Notes: generated by a model not told the origin, from the letters alone. A stretch of 64,000 nucleotides of DNA from Candidatus Thorarchaeota archaeon (GCA_048882045.1 JBHLRZ010000001.1:189171-253170); one strand, 5' to 3'. Shown: positions 46,547 through 57,440, counted from the stretch's first letter. Numbers and translations: made by a program.

Positions 46547-47422
46547 GTGATAGGATTGAGAAACGTTCGTATAGGACTGGTTCAAGCGACTTGGGACGGC
46601 GATGTATCAGACGAATCCGCAATTAAGAAAAACATCGAGAAGATGGTGCATAAGCATGAAGGGTTCGCAACAATTGCAAGACAACAGGACGTCCAGATTC
46701 TCTGTTTCCAGGAATTGTTCTATGGCCCTTACTTTTGTGCTGAGCAGGATAGAAAGTGGTACAAGTACGCTGAACCAATCCCAGGTCCTCTGACCAAAAG
46801 AATGCAGAAGCTTGCAAAAGAGAACCATCTTGTTCTGATTGCGCCTATGTATGAAGAGGAGTCAGTTGGTGTCTATTACAACACAGCCATAATCATTGAA
46901 TCTGATGGGACACTTCTCGGCAAGTTTAGGAAAATGCACATCCCTCATCTCGATCCAGGGTTCTGGGAGAAGTTCTATTTCAGACCGGGGAATCTTGGAT
47001 ATCCTGTTTTCAATACCTCCGTAGCAAAGGTTGGAATATACATCTGTTATGACCGTCACTTTCCAGAGGGAGCACGAGCTCTAGGACTCAACGGAGCAGA
47101 GATAGTCTTCAATCCTTCAGCAACCGTTGCGGGTCTTTCTGAACACCTTTGGAGTATAGAGCAACCAGCCCACGCTGTAGCAAATGGTTATTTCATGGCT
47201 GCTATCAATCGAGTGGGTGAAGAACCATGGAACACTGGTATGTTCTATGGCAGCTCATACATAGCAGATCCTCGTGGTCAGATGGTCGTAAAGGGATCTC
47301 GAGACAAGGAAGAACTTGTTGTTGGAGATGTTGACCTTGATATGATTCGTGAGGTCAGAAACGTTTGGCAGTTCTTCAGAGACCGAAGACCTGATAGCTA
47401 TGGTGACCTCACCAGATTATGA
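46547..47422 (+). CDS. Beta-ureidopropionase (nitrilase superfamily)
   Basis: FQELF, RKMHIP, FWEKFYFRPG, ICYDRHFPE, WQFFRDRRP; context next to hydA. Confidence 0.9.
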   Translation: MIGLRNVRIGLVQATWDGDVSDESAIKKNIEKMVHKHEGFATIARQQDVQILCFQELFYGPYFCAEQDRKWYKYAEPIPGPLTKRMQKLAKENHLVLIAPMYEEESVGVYYNTAIIIESDGTLLGKFRKMHIPHLDPGFWEKFYFRPGNLGYPVFNTSVAKVGIYICYDRHFPEGARALGLNGAEIVFNPSATVAGLSEHLWSIEQPAHAVANGYFMAAINRVGEEPWNTGMFYGSSYIADPRGQMVVKGSRDKEELVVGDVDLDMIREVRNVWQFFRDRRPDSYGDLTRL

Positions 47423-47430
47423 GTCAATCT

Positions 47431-48777
47431 TCAGAGGTTCTTCTCAGCTTCAGTGAATGCCTCATCAAGTATGGAGCAAGCATCATCGATTTGTGCTCTA
47501 GTAAGTGCCAAGGGAGGTTGGATTCGCATCACGTTGTTATCTAGTCCGCCTTTACCTATGAGGAGCCCCTTCTCACGACTGACTTCCATGACCGTCAGTA
47601 TTTCTTGAGTAGCTGGTTCTTTTGTTTCCCTATTTCGAACGAGTTCTACTCCCAACATGAGACCTTGACCACGAACGTCTCCCACAATCTTGTGTGGTTC
47701 CCTAAGTTCTTCTAACTTCTTCTTGAGATATGCTCCCAGAGTTCCAGCCTTTTCAAGGTAATTCTCTTCTTGAATGATTTCTATCACTGCTACTGCAGCA
47801 GCACAAGATAGAGGATTTCCACCGAAGGTTGCGAAAGCATCAGTCACCAAGTAATCATCGGCTAGTTCAGGACGACTGATGAATCCAGCAATTGGAATTC
47901 CACTACCAAAGCCCTTTGCCATTGTGATTATGTCAGGTTCAACACCTGTATGTTGAATTCCCCACCACTTGCCACCAGTTCGACCAAACCCAGTCTGGAC
48001 CTCGTCTGATATGTAGAGCCCTTCGTATTCCTTCACAATCTCACTCACAATCTGGAAGTACTCAGCTGGTGGTTGAACAATTCCACCCACTCCCTGAATA
48101 GGCTCAGCGATGAAGGCAGCAATCTTGTTGTTGGTCTGAGTGCGAATCACCTCTCTGACATAATGAGCGCATTCCATATCGCACCCGGGGTGTTCCTTTC
48201 CAAATGGACAACGATAGCAATAGCCGTAAGGAGTAAAACGTACTCCAGATGGGTGAGCCTCTGCAACAGTACGCCAACCAGCACTCGATAGCTCTCGAGC
48301 AAGTGTTGTACGACCATGATAGGCACGTTGACACGCAATGATGTATGGATTTCCTGTGTACTTGCGTACCATAGTGAGTGCTGCTTCGTTGGCTTCAGAT
48401 CCGCTGTTGACGATATAGGAACATGTCAGACCTTTTGGTGCGATTTCCGCAAGATGATTGATTAGTACAGCATAAGGAATTGTAGAGTACAATGAACTAG
48501 TGTATACAAGACGTTCTGCTTGCCATTGAATTGTGGAAACATACTTTGGATGGTTGTAACCAGTGATTGTGGTGCAGATACCTGCAAACAGGTCGATGTA
48601 TTCCTTTCCTGCTGAGTCCTTTAGTACAGCACCTTCTCCGTCGACAAATAGGACTGGATTTTCGTAGTAGTGTGCAACAGCAGGTGCCAGGTATTTCTTC
48701 TCTATTTCCAAGACCTCTTTCTGAGAATACTTCTTTGTGAGGTCTTTGGGTACCAGGTCTTCATTTACCATAATCAT
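47431..48777 (-). CDS. Class III aminotransferase (beta-alanine:pyruvate/AGXT2-like)
   Basis: NSGSEANE, YHGRT, AEPIQGVGG, DEVQTGFGRTG, MAKG, TFGGNP. Confidence 0.9.
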   Translation of the reverse strand: MIMVNEDLVPKDLTKKYSQKEVLEIEKKYLAPAVAHYYENPVLFVDGEGAVLKDSAGKEYIDLFAGICTTITGYNHPKYVSTIQWQAERLVYTSSLYSTIPYAVLINHLAEIAPKGLTCSYIVNSGSEANEAALTMVRKYTGNPYIIACQRAYHGRTTLARELSSAGWRTVAEAHPSGVRFTPYGYCYRCPFGKEHPGCDMECAHYVREVIRTQTNNKIAAFIAEPIQGVGGIVQPPAEYFQIVSEIVKEYEGLYISDEVQTGFGRTGGKWWGIQHTGVEPDIITMAKGFGSGIPIAGFISRPELADDYLVTDAFATFGGNPLSCAAAVAVIEIIQEENYLEKAGTLGAYLKKKLEELREPHKIVGDVRGQGLMLGVELVRNRETKEPATQEILTVMEVSREKGLLIGKGGLDNNVMRIQPPLALTRAQIDDACSILDEAFTEAEKNL

Positions 48778-48872
48778 CACATCTGAAATCGCGGAACGAA
48801 ACAATGAAAGTCCTCCCTAAAGTCCTTTAGGGACGTAGTATTACTACGAAAAAGCTGGAGGAACTGAGATTC

Positions 48873-50084
48873 ATGTCCTCAAAATCATTAGAAATCGAGT
48901 TTGCAGGTGTCATTTTCAAGAATCCGTTTATGTTGTCATCAGCCCCACCAACCATGGATGCACGGCATATCATACGAGCTGCCAAGCTTGGATGGGGAGG
49001 TGCTGTGATGAAGACAGTCACCGAGGAGCCCACAGTCGATCCAAGAACAAGATTGGGAGTTCTTAGAAAAGATGGAAAGGCGATTGGAATGAACAATATC
49101 GAGCTCCTTTCACGTGAACCCCTTTCGACTTGGACTGATGACTGGATACCAAAAATCAAGCAAGAGGCTCCTGAGGACTTTGTATTCGTTGCGAGTATGA
49201 TGAGTGGTCCTGAACCAGAGGGTTGGACCTCACTGGCAGAAACGATGTCACAAACAGGCGCAGATGCAATTGAACTGAATGTTTCATGCCCCCATGGGTC
49301 ACCTGAGAAACACATGGGTGCCTTCATCGGACAGAATCCGAGTCTGGTTGAACTTGTGACGAAAGCTGCGAAGAAGGGGACCGATCTCCCAATAATGGTG
49401 AAGCTTACACCAAATGTGACTGATATTGTCCCAATCGCAGAGGCAGCAATCAGGGGGGGAGCTGATGCGATTTCTGCAATTAATACAGTTGAATCACTCA
49501 TTGGAGTTGATATTGAAACTGCGACTCCATTACCAATCGCATATGGCGTTGACAAGAAGGAACAATTGAGTACCTATGGAGGCTTCTGCGGCCCAGCAGT
49601 AAAACCTCTTGGACTTAGATTTGTTTCCCAAATAGCAAAGGCATTCCCAGACATCCCAATTTCAGGAATTGGAGGAATAGGGGATTGGACGACTGCCATT
49701 GAGTATCATATGGTTGGAGCGAGGACACTGCAGATTTGTACTGCGGCTATGTGGTACGGATTTTCAATAATCAAGAATCTGACAGAGGGAGTTGCAGACT
49801 TCTTGGAGAGGAAGGGGTATGACGCTCTTGAAGCTGTTGTAGGGAAAGCCCTTCCCAAGATCACTACTTGGACTGCATTGAGCAAACTACCACCATTGGT
49901 TGCAAAAGTGAATGAAAAATGCACTGGATGCAAGGAGTGTGTTATTGCCTGTGCTGACGGTGGTTATGTTGCAATTCAGATGAGAGACAAGCGTGCATTG
50001 ATCAATCCTGAAAAATGCGATGGTTGTGGTCTCTGTTATGTAGTGTGCAAAGACAACGCAATCGACTTTGTTCATACAAATTGA
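48873..50084 (+). CDS. preA: Dihydropyrimidine dehydrogenase PreA-type subunit with C-terminal 2[4Fe-4S]
   Basis: NPFMLSSAPPT, NNIEL, ELNVSCPHG, KLTPNVTDI, GPAVKP, CTGCKEC and CDGCGLC. Confidence 0.92.
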   Translation: MSSKSLEIEFAGVIFKNPFMLSSAPPTMDARHIIRAAKLGWGGAVMKTVTEEPTVDPRTRLGVLRKDGKAIGMNNIELLSREPLSTWTDDWIPKIKQEAPEDFVFVASMMSGPEPEGWTSLAETMSQTGADAIELNVSCPHGSPEKHMGAFIGQNPSLVELVTKAAKKGTDLPIMVKLTPNVTDIVPIAEAAIRGGADAISAINTVESLIGVDIETATPLPIAYGVDKKEQLSTYGGFCGPAVKPLGLRFVSQIAKAFPDIPISGIGGIGDWTTAIEYHMVGARTLQICTAAMWYGFSIIKNLTEGVADFLERKGYDALEAVVGKALPKITTWTALSKLPPLVAKVNEKCTGCKECVIACADGGYVAIQMRDKRALINPEKCDGCGLCYVVCKDNAIDFVHTN

Positions 50085-50138
50085 TTGTACGCAAGAATCA
50101 AATAGACATCGAAGCGACTAAAGAGTTCCGAACTGGAA

Positions 50139-51599
50139 GTGACCATCTTGGTAGAAGTTGTAAAGAACTACATCAATGGAAAATGGGTGGAGTCAAAGGC
50201 TAAGGAAACGCGAGACGTGTTCAATCCAGCAACTGGCGAGTTGATAGCAAAGACCCCAATGAGTACTGCAGAAGAAACCCTTGAAGCCATAGTTGCAGCA
50301 AAGGCTGCCTTTGATAGATGGAGGAAGACTCCTGTCTTTACCAGAGTAAGGTATCTTAACAGGATCAGAGATGCTTTCGAAGAGAACTTTGAGGAGCTCT
50401 CAAAGATTCTGACAATGGAGCAGGGCAAAGCTATCGATGAGGCGAGAGGAGAGTATCGTCGTACGATAGAGAACATAGAGTGTGCTACTAGCATACCATC
50501 ACTCCAAATGGGATATAACACAGAGGACATTGCTGCTGGGATAGATGAGATGGTCATCAAGCAACCACTCGGTGTGTTCTTTTGCGTAGCACCATTCAAC
50601 TTTCCAGGAATGGTTCCGACTTGGTTCTGGCCTTTTGCGATAGGTGTTGGAAATACATACATTGTGAAACCCTCTGAACAGGTCCCCTTGAGTCAGGTTA
50701 GACAATTCGAGATTATACACGATCTCGGTCTACCACGAGGGGTCTTGAATATGGTTCATGGTGGACCGGAGGCAGTCAATACACTGATTGAGAGTCCTGA
50801 TACAGTTGGGATGTCGTTTGTTGGCTCTACTCCAGTTGGAAAGCTCCTCTACAAGAAGGCTGGAGAGAATGGGAAACGAGCTCAGGTGCAGGCAGGTGCA
50901 AAGAATTTCCTCACCATAATGCCCGATGCAGATATTGAGCGTACTGTGCCCGCCCTCATTACATCATTCTATGGCTGTGCAGGTCAGCGCTGTCTTGCAG
51001 GAGGGGTTCTCTTGGCTGTTGGTGACATCTATGAACCACTCAAGGAGGCTCTCATTGATGCTGCAAAGAAATACAGTGTTGGGAACGGGCTTGAAGAGGG
51101 TGTTCAAATGGGACCACTAGCATCAAAGAAGGGAATGGAGAACGTTCTTAGATACATTGAGATAGGAATCAAAGAAGGAGCAAATCTTGTACTCGATGGC
51201 AGGGATATCAAGGTCCCTGGACATGAGAGGGGCTACTTCATTGGACCTACAATATTTGATAAGGTCACACCAGAGATGACGATTGCTAAGGAGGAGATAT
51301 TTGGACCAGTCATTCCGATTGTTCATGTAAAGGATCTCGATGAAGCGATTGACATCATCCATGCCAATCCATATGGAAATGCATCCTCCGTATTCACATC
51401 AAGTGGAAAGATTGCGAGGGAATATCAGTACAGAGTGAAAGCCGGTAACATTGGTATTAACATAGGAGTCGTCGCACCAATAGCTACATTTCCATTCTCA
51501 GGGATGAATGACTCATTCTTTGGGGATCTTCACGGGCAGGGCAAAGATGCAGTCGATTTCTTCACAGAGAATAAGGTCGTAATCACTCGTTGGTTCTAG
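50139..51599 (+). CDS. mmsA: CoA-acylating methylmalonate/malonate-semialdehyde dehydrogenase
   Basis: PFNFPGMVP, KPSE, FVGSTPV, GAKN, AGQRC, EEIFGP, SFFGDLH. Confidence 0.9.
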   Translation: MTILVEVVKNYINGKWVESKAKETRDVFNPATGELIAKTPMSTAEETLEAIVAAKAAFDRWRKTPVFTRVRYLNRIRDAFEENFEELSKILTMEQGKAIDEARGEYRRTIENIECATSIPSLQMGYNTEDIAAGIDEMVIKQPLGVFFCVAPFNFPGMVPTWFWPFAIGVGNTYIVKPSEQVPLSQVRQFEIIHDLGLPRGVLNMVHGGPEAVNTLIESPDTVGMSFVGSTPVGKLLYKKAGENGKRAQVQAGAKNFLTIMPDADIERTVPALITSFYGCAGQRCLAGGVLLAVGDIYEPLKEALIDAAKKYSVGNGLEEGVQMGPLASKKGMENVLRYIEIGIKEGANLVLDGRDIKVPGHERGYFIGPTIFDKVTPEMTIAKEEIFGPVIPIVHVKDLDEAIDIIHANPYGNASSVFTSSGKIAREYQYRVKAGNIGINIGVVAPIATFPFSGMNDSFFGDLHGQGKDAVDFFTENKVVITRWF

Positions 51600-52019
51600 G
51601 TGGTTGACATGGAACTAGGAACTTTCGGAGCGATTCTGAAGTATGCAATGGAGGTTGAACAAGAAATAAGCACATTCTATAAAACGGCATCAGAAGTCAC
51701 AAAAGATAATGACCTAGCAGATCAATTCCGGGAATTGCACAAGAGAGAAGAGAAACGACTCAAAACGCTGGAGCGAATCCGCCGAGAGAATGTGACTGAG
51801 ATGATTCTCGAACCGATTGTTGGTCTTGATTCTGATGACTACAAGTTTGATACTCGCATTGATGAAACAAAGTTAGTAGATACTGCTGTGTTCCTGGAAA
51901 GGACTCTTCATGAGTTTTATTCGAAAGCCGCTACTAAGATTGAGTTTCTTATTGAGGCTTCATACGCATTCGAACTGCTCGCTGAAGCAAACGAACGTGC
52001 TGTTGCCAGTCTCTCCTAG
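51600..52019 (+). CDS. Ferritin-like/rubrerythrin-family protein
   Basis: AMEVE...FY, EEKR, LE..LHEFY helical repeats. Confidence 0.7.
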   Translation: MVDMELGTFGAILKYAMEVEQEISTFYKTASEVTKDNDLADQFRELHKREEKRLKTLERIRRENVTEMILEPIVGLDSDDYKFDTRIDETKLVDTAVFLERTLHEFYSKAATKIEFLIEASYAFELLAEANERAVASLS

Positions 52020-52028
52020 TTCTTTCAA

Positions 52029-52322
52029 TCACTGAGGTTCCAACTTGATGGCTTTAAATTCAGTACGAATAATATTGATCTGAGATGTCAGATTCAGATA
52101 ATGTTCATCCTCGTGCAACTCCTGAATCTTGTTTTGATAGTCTTCTTCATTGTCATATGTGACCATGTAGTAGCTCTCATGTGGGTTTTCGATACTCTTC
52201 CATCTCCCAATGACATCGATGTCATGTTGTTCGTATAACTTTCGGAATTCCTCTCTGAGTTCATCCATTCTTTCGACTGACCCATCTTTAACTTTGGTTT
52301 GATAAAGCATCACAAGAGTCAT
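52029..52322 (-). CDS. NIPSNAP family protein
   Basis: LYEQHDIDVIGRW...YYMVTY, C-terminal LEP. Confidence 0.7.
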   Translation of the reverse strand: MTLVMLYQTKVKDGSVERMDELREEFRKLYEQHDIDVIGRWKSIENPHESYYMVTYDNEEDYQNKIQELHEDEHYLNLTSQINIIRTEFKAIKLEPQ

Positions 52323-52430
52323 GATAATCGATTCTAAACTATTGTTAACAGTTTTATATGTGTGTAGGTTTGACGGCAAATTATAAAGTATCGGTGTTCA
52401 GCACAATATCGTCTTGGTTGGGGATTGCTA

Positions 52431-53678
52431 ATGAAGCCAGTGGAACTGATAGTCGCAGGTGCTGGAGATCGAGGAACCGTCTATGCATCGTACGCGAAAA
52501 TACGACCCAAGAGAGCAAAGATAGTGGGTGTTGCAGAACCTCGTGACTTTTACCGAGAGAGATTGGTCAAGGAACATAAGATACCAGAGGAGAATGTCTT
52601 CACAGACTGGAAGGATATGGCAAAGAAGAGCAAGTTCGCAGACGCTGTTATCATTGCTACACAGGACCATATGCACAAAGCGCCAACGCTGGCGTTTGCC
52701 AAGAAAGACTACCACATACTCCTTGAGAAACCAATGGCTCCTGATGAGAAAAGCTGTAAAGACATCGTGAAAGCAGTCAAATCAAGGGAAGTCATCTTTG
52801 CAGTAGGTCATGTCCTTCGGTACACTAGATACACGCAGAAACTCAAGTCAATTCTAGATTCCGGATTTATTGGAGATATAATAAGCATCCAGCGATTGGA
52901 GCCAGTAGGGTACTGGCATCAGGCGCATTCTTTTGTCCGGGGAAACTGGAGGAACGAGAAGGAGTCCGCTTTCATGCTTCTAACTAAATCATGTCATGAT
53001 CTGGACTGGATTCGATATATCGTGGGTCAGAAATGCACAGCAGTCTCATCATTCGGGTCGTTGACTCACTTTCGAAGCGAGAACAAACCTGAGAATGCAG
53101 GTAGTAACTGTATGGAGTGTGACTATGAACCTGAATGTCCCTATTCTGCAAAGAGAATCTATCTGAGTTTCTTTGAGAAGGGAAGGAAGGGGTGGCCGGT
53201 CAGTGTTATTACAACTGAACGGACCAAGGGAGGTATCATATGGGCTATCAGAAACGGACCCTATGGCCGTTGCGTCTATGACTGCGACAACGATGTTGTG
53301 GACCACCAAGTTGTAAACATGGAGTTTGAGGGTGGTCAAACTGCTTCTTTTACAATGACTGGTTTCACTAAGGCGAGACAGAGGGAAACCAGGATTTTTG
53401 GAACAGAGGGCGAGATATACGGAAACGGAACTAAGATCCAGCTTTATCACTTTGTGAACGGTGCTCAGGTAATCATCGATACATCTGAGGATGATCCGGT
53501 ATCGCTCGCAGACCACGGTGGTGGAGACTATGGCCTGATCCAAGCATTTGTAGATGCAGTTGCTCAGAATGACCCGAGTAAGATTCTATCTGGACCGGAT
53601 GAAACACTAGAAACACATCTAATGACTTTTGCAGCAGAGAGGAGCAGGAAAGAGGGTAAGACCATCAGCCTGCAATAA
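52431..53678 (+). CDS. Gfo/Idh/MocA family oxidoreductase
   Basis: GAGDRG, LEKPM, GHVLRY, HSFVRGNW, KSCHDLD, HGGGD. Confidence 0.92.
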   Translation: MKPVELIVAGAGDRGTVYASYAKIRPKRAKIVGVAEPRDFYRERLVKEHKIPEENVFTDWKDMAKKSKFADAVIIATQDHMHKAPTLAFAKKDYHILLEKPMAPDEKSCKDIVKAVKSREVIFAVGHVLRYTRYTQKLKSILDSGFIGDIISIQRLEPVGYWHQAHSFVRGNWRNEKESAFMLLTKSCHDLDWIRYIVGQKCTAVSSFGSLTHFRSENKPENAGSNCMECDYEPECPYSAKRIYLSFFEKGRKGWPVSVITTERTKGGIIWAIRNGPYGRCVYDCDNDVVDHQVVNMEFEGGQTASFTMTGFTKARQRETRIFGTEGEIYGNGTKIQLYHFVNGAQVIIDTSEDDPVSLADHGGGDYGLIQAFVDAVAQNDPSKILSGPDETLETHLMTFAAERSRKEGKTISLQ

Positions 53679-53703
53679 ATCTAGTAAAATCATTCGCCTT
53701 TAT

Positions 53704-54396
53704 TCACTTCACTGCGCGATGGACTGCTACAGCTCCAAAAGTCATTGTTACATACTTCACCTTTGAAAAACCAGCCTCGTAGAGTATGATAGAGAGGTCT
53801 TCTGCATTAAAGAAACGAGGAACTGTATGTGCAAGATACGCATATCCGGTCTTTGAGCCAGAGATGAGCCTACCAACAAGTCTGATGATCTGTTTTGTAT
53901 AGAAACGAAATGCAATCCGAAGAGGAGTTAATCTTGGCTGACTGGTTTCAAGATTGATGAAACGACCACCCGGTTTCAAAATTCGATGAAATTCATTGAG
54001 AAATGAAATCAACCTGTCACGAGTTGGTGTGATGTTCCTCGTCGCAAAAGAAATGACTATCATGTCAAAGGTGTCATCTGGAAATGGGAGCTGCATAGAG
54101 TCCGCAAGAGAAATGGTAGCACCCTCGAGAGTTTGTTTTTCTTTTGCCTTTGAGAGCATAGGAAGTGAAAAATCGGATACTACTATCTTGGTTTCTGGAC
54201 TGGCATACTTCACTAGGTTCACAGCCATGTCCCCTGTCCCACTACACACTTCTAACCAGAGGATCCCACCGCCAACTGCTGCAACCCGAGCAGCCTTCTT
54301 TCTCCAAGGGATGTCAAGACCAAACGTAAGAACATGATTCACCAATTCATAGTGGTGAGCTACCTCTGAGAATATTTTGAGGACTCCTTTGTTCAT
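53704..54396 (-). CDS. menG: UbiE/MenG family quinone C-methyltransferase
   Basis: F..VA..YELVNHVLTFGLD..WR, VCSGTGD, LPFPDDTFD, FATRN, RILKPGG. Confidence 0.82.
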   Translation of the reverse strand: MNKGVLKIFSEVAHHYELVNHVLTFGLDIPWRKKAARVAAVGGGILWLEVCSGTGDMAVNLVKYASPETKIVVSDFSLPMLSKAKEKQTLEGATISLADSMQLPFPDDTFDMIVISFATRNITPTRDRLISFLNEFHRILKPGGRFINLETSQPRLTPLRIAFRFYTKQIIRLVGRLISGSKTGYAYLAHTVPRFFNAEDLSIILYEAGFSKVKYVTMTFGAVAVHRAVK

Positions 54397-54460
54397 CGAC
54401 ACACAGTCCGTTGATCCTGATAATCACTTAGCAGGGCAACCTTGAACCTCTAGATAATGT

Positions 54461-55708
54461 TCACCATAGAGCAGTTTCTGTTTCTATTTCCTGTACATCA
54501 CTCTCATCGGTGTTTCGAGTAAGATAGTAACCAGGTATGAGTGCAATCAGGAGGAAGACCCATGCAAGTTGCCAGCTGATTTGATAGCTTCCTACAATGG
54601 TTTCGAATGCAGCTATAGTAAGTGCACCAATAGCTATCAGACCCAAATTGGCCACGCTATTGTACAGATTGAATATAGTACCAGATGCGATTACAGGTGT
54701 GTTGTCCATGTTTATTCTCAACTGAGTTGTCTGGTAACCTCCTGAGGTAAACCCAACCACGAAGAAGAAGATCATCGCCAGATTGGGGTCGTTCAGGTTG
54801 ATGAAGAGTATTGAAACAATGACGACAGCATAAGCAACAGAATTCATTGGCAAGGTTGTACGAATTGAGATCCTATCTCCAAGAACTCCGAAGATTAACG
54901 CTCCAAGAAACATCCCTACAGAAAATGCAGAAAACACAATTCCAACAGTTACAAGATCAAATCCCAACCCGACTTCGAGTAAGGTCTGAGCGAGCGGCAT
55001 TATCGCAGTCGCAGATGCTGCAAATAAATTGAATATAAAACAAAGTTGGACATTTCTGTGTGAGAATGCTTTCTCGTATACACTTCCACTAATCCTCTTG
55101 AAATCATCAGGTAATGGATTTTCTTTGTAAAACAGAATCAAGAAGCAAGACAGACTCATGAGTATGCCCGGAATTGCAAAAAGAATGAACCATGAGTTTG
55201 CATCAGCCAAGACACCAGCCAGTAATGAAGTTATTCCAAGTCCTAGTCCACGAAAACCCCAAGATAGTCCTTGTAGGGCTCCTCTTCTCCTCTGAGGGGT
55301 GATGTCGACACTTAACGCATCAATGGTCGCATCACTCATGCCTGTCCCAAATGATGCCATTATTCCTGATACAAGAAGAAACATAGAGAACTCCGTGTAA
55401 AGAGGAATTGTAACCCAACCAATTATCCCGACAATGCCCGCAAATAGAACGTAGGGTTTGCGACGTCCGTACCGTTTGATTGGTACATTATCTGACAGAA
55501 CTCCAAAGAAGATTTTGAGATACCATGGAATCCAAATGACAGCTTGAAACAATATTCTCCCAAATTCATCAACGCTCAAATATCCAAGGAAAGCCGTCAG
55601 AAATAGCAACGAACCAAAAGCAACGCCTTGAGCAAAATAAAATAGACCTTGAATGCCGAGATAGTAGTCACTCCATACTCTCTCTTGTTCTTGGTCCACG
55701 CTATGCAT
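54461..55708 (-). CDS. MFS transporter (AmpG/BT1-like)
   Basis: YFAQG, PWYLK.FFGVLSD, GRRKPY, DATIDAL; 12 TMs. Confidence 0.88.
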   Translation of the reverse strand: MHSVDQEQERVWSDYYLGIQGLFYFAQGVAFGSLLFLTAFLGYLSVDEFGRILFQAVIWIPWYLKIFFGVLSDNVPIKRYGRRKPYVLFAGIVGIIGWVTIPLYTEFSMFLLVSGIMASFGTGMSDATIDALSVDITPQRRRGALQGLSWGFRGLGLGITSLLAGVLADANSWFILFAIPGILMSLSCFLILFYKENPLPDDFKRISGSVYEKAFSHRNVQLCFIFNLFAASATAIMPLAQTLLEVGLGFDLVTVGIVFSAFSVGMFLGALIFGVLGDRISIRTTLPMNSVAYAVVIVSILFINLNDPNLAMIFFFVVGFTSGGYQTTQLRINMDNTPVIASGTIFNLYNSVANLGLIAIGALTIAAFETIVGSYQISWQLAWVFLLIALIPGYYLTRNTDESDVQEIETETALW

Positions 55709-55815
55709 ACAACACTAAGCTCATACTAATACTTAAGAAATGCGTACACAGGATATCAACCTGAGAAAATTCTAGCAAAGGGAAAACATCATTTTGCGAC
55801 CTAGGATGTGCCGAT

Positions 55816-56271
55816 ATGTCAAAGCAGAGGAATGAAACCATTGGTAGGAGATGGTTCGAGGAAATGTGGAGCAGACCAGACCTCGATGTAGCAGACGAGA
55901 TGATCGATGAGAAGTACAACCCAGAGTGGATTTCTATTGACAAAACAGGGCCTGAACAGGTAAAACACGAAATTAGATACTTCAGATCTGTCTTCCCAGA
56001 CCTCAAGTACGAGGTTATTGATATCATTGGTGATGATGAAAAGGTCTGGATAAGGTACAAGGGAAGTGGAACTCAAGATGGGAATGCGTGGGGATTTGCA
56101 CCTAGTGGGAAGACGGTTGAGTTTGAAGGAGCCACAATCCTATACATCAATTCAGAGGGCAAAGTCATAGATAGATGGGGAGCATTCTGTTTCTATGATA
56201 TCCTTACTGAACTGGGACTTGTACCGCCCTTATGGGAACTTAGTCAGAATCTCAGTGATACTCACATCTAG
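55816..56271 (+). CDS. SnoaL-like ester cyclase family protein
   Basis: FRSVFPDL, GTQDG..WGFAPSGKTV, GKVIDRW. Confidence 0.88.
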   Translation: MSKQRNETIGRRWFEEMWSRPDLDVADEMIDEKYNPEWISIDKTGPEQVKHEIRYFRSVFPDLKYEVIDIIGDDEKVWIRYKGSGTQDGNAWGFAPSGKTVEFEGATILYINSEGKVIDRWGAFCFYDILTELGLVPPLWELSQNLSDTHI

Positions 56272-56354
56272 TCATTCGGCAAATTACTCAACAAGCATCG
56301 ACAAATTTAACAATCCTATTAAGGTGGAGGCACTCCAAACAGCCAGAGAGAGGT

Positions 56355-57440
56355 TTGACATTGTCAGAGTATTTGGATATCCTGAAGGAAGAGGTCAAGA
56401 CTATTGAGATTGCCTTGAGAAACTTCCTTGATAACAAGATCAATGAAGCTGCCCATCTGAGTACATGGCATAAACAGTATTATGAAAACATTAAGGAGTA
56501 TATGACCCGAGGTGGGAAGAGACTACGGCCTGTTCTTGTTGTGGTCGGTTACAAGGCAGTCAAAGAAAAGGTAGACATCGACCATTTGTATCGGGCGGCT
56601 TGTTCCGTTGAGATATTGCACAATGGGTCACTTTTGCATGATGATTTGATCGACCATGATGAAACACGAAGAGGCGGAAAGACCTTCCATGCTACCTATA
56701 GAGATATCCATCTTGACAGAGATGGAAATGAAGAGAGCGCGTTTGATTATGGAATGACAATGGCAATTCTCGGTGGAGACTCTTTAATCAATCTGGGAGC
56801 CGCAGCAATAACTGCAGCAGAGTTGGATGACGATGTTTCAGCCCTTTGTCATCATTTCTATGAATTCTCATTTCAGAACCTTGTAGATGGTGTGCTCCTT
56901 GAAATGAATATGATCACGGATAAAGCGGCAGACACGGATATGTATCTCCAGATGGTTCGAATGAAGACTGCTGTACTATTTGACAGGTCACTGATGATGG
57001 GGGCTGCAATTGCGAGGGCAACAGACTCTCAACTGAGGGCTTTCGAGGAGTTTGGAATCAACGTTGGCAAGGCATTCCAGGTCCAAGATGACATTCTAGG
57101 CTCTTTTGGCGATGAGGAGAAGACTGGTAAATCCACATCTGGTGACATCCGTGAAGGAAAGAAGACACTGCTTGTGTTTGAAACCTATGCGAAAGCAGAT
57201 TCATCTCAGAGGCGGGAACTGGATGAACTCCTTGGCAAGGAAGGGATGACCGATGACGAAGTGGACCGGGTCAGAGCCATCTTCCAAGACTCGGGTGCAT
57301 TGAAGTCATGTCGGGATAAGATGGAAGGTCTACTTACGACTGGTCAGGCTGCCCTCGATAAAGCTGAACCACCCTTCAATAAAAGGTACAAGGAATTTCT
57401 CATTGAGATGTCTAACTTTCTGATTCAACGTGATTATTAA
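56355..57440 (+). CDS. Polyprenyl diphosphate synthase (GGPP synthase-like)
   Basis: GGKRLRP, HDDLID..RRG (FARM), KTA, FQVQDDIL (SARM), DIREGKKT. Confidence 0.93.
   Translation: MTLSEYLDILKEEVKTIEIALRNFLDNKINEAAHLSTWHKQYYENIKEYMTRGGKRLRPVLVVVGYKAVKEKVDIDHLYRAACSVEILHNGSLLHDDLIDHDETRRGGKTFHATYRDIHLDRDGNEESAFDYGMTMAILGGDSLINLGAAAITAAELDDDVSALCHHFYEFSFQNLVDGVLLEMNMITDKAADTDMYLQMVRMKTAVLFDRSLMMGAAIARATDSQLRAFEEFGINVGKAFQVQDDILGSFGDEEKTGKSTSGDIREGKKTLLVFETYAKADSSQRRELDELLGKEGMTDDEVDRVRAIFQDSGALKSCRDKMEGLLTTGQAALDKAEPPFNKRYKEFLIEMSNFLIQRDY

Noticed and set aside
48827-49555. 242-aa minus-strand ORF
   Set aside because: Antisense shadow of preA; the same applies to most short overlapping ORFs in the track.
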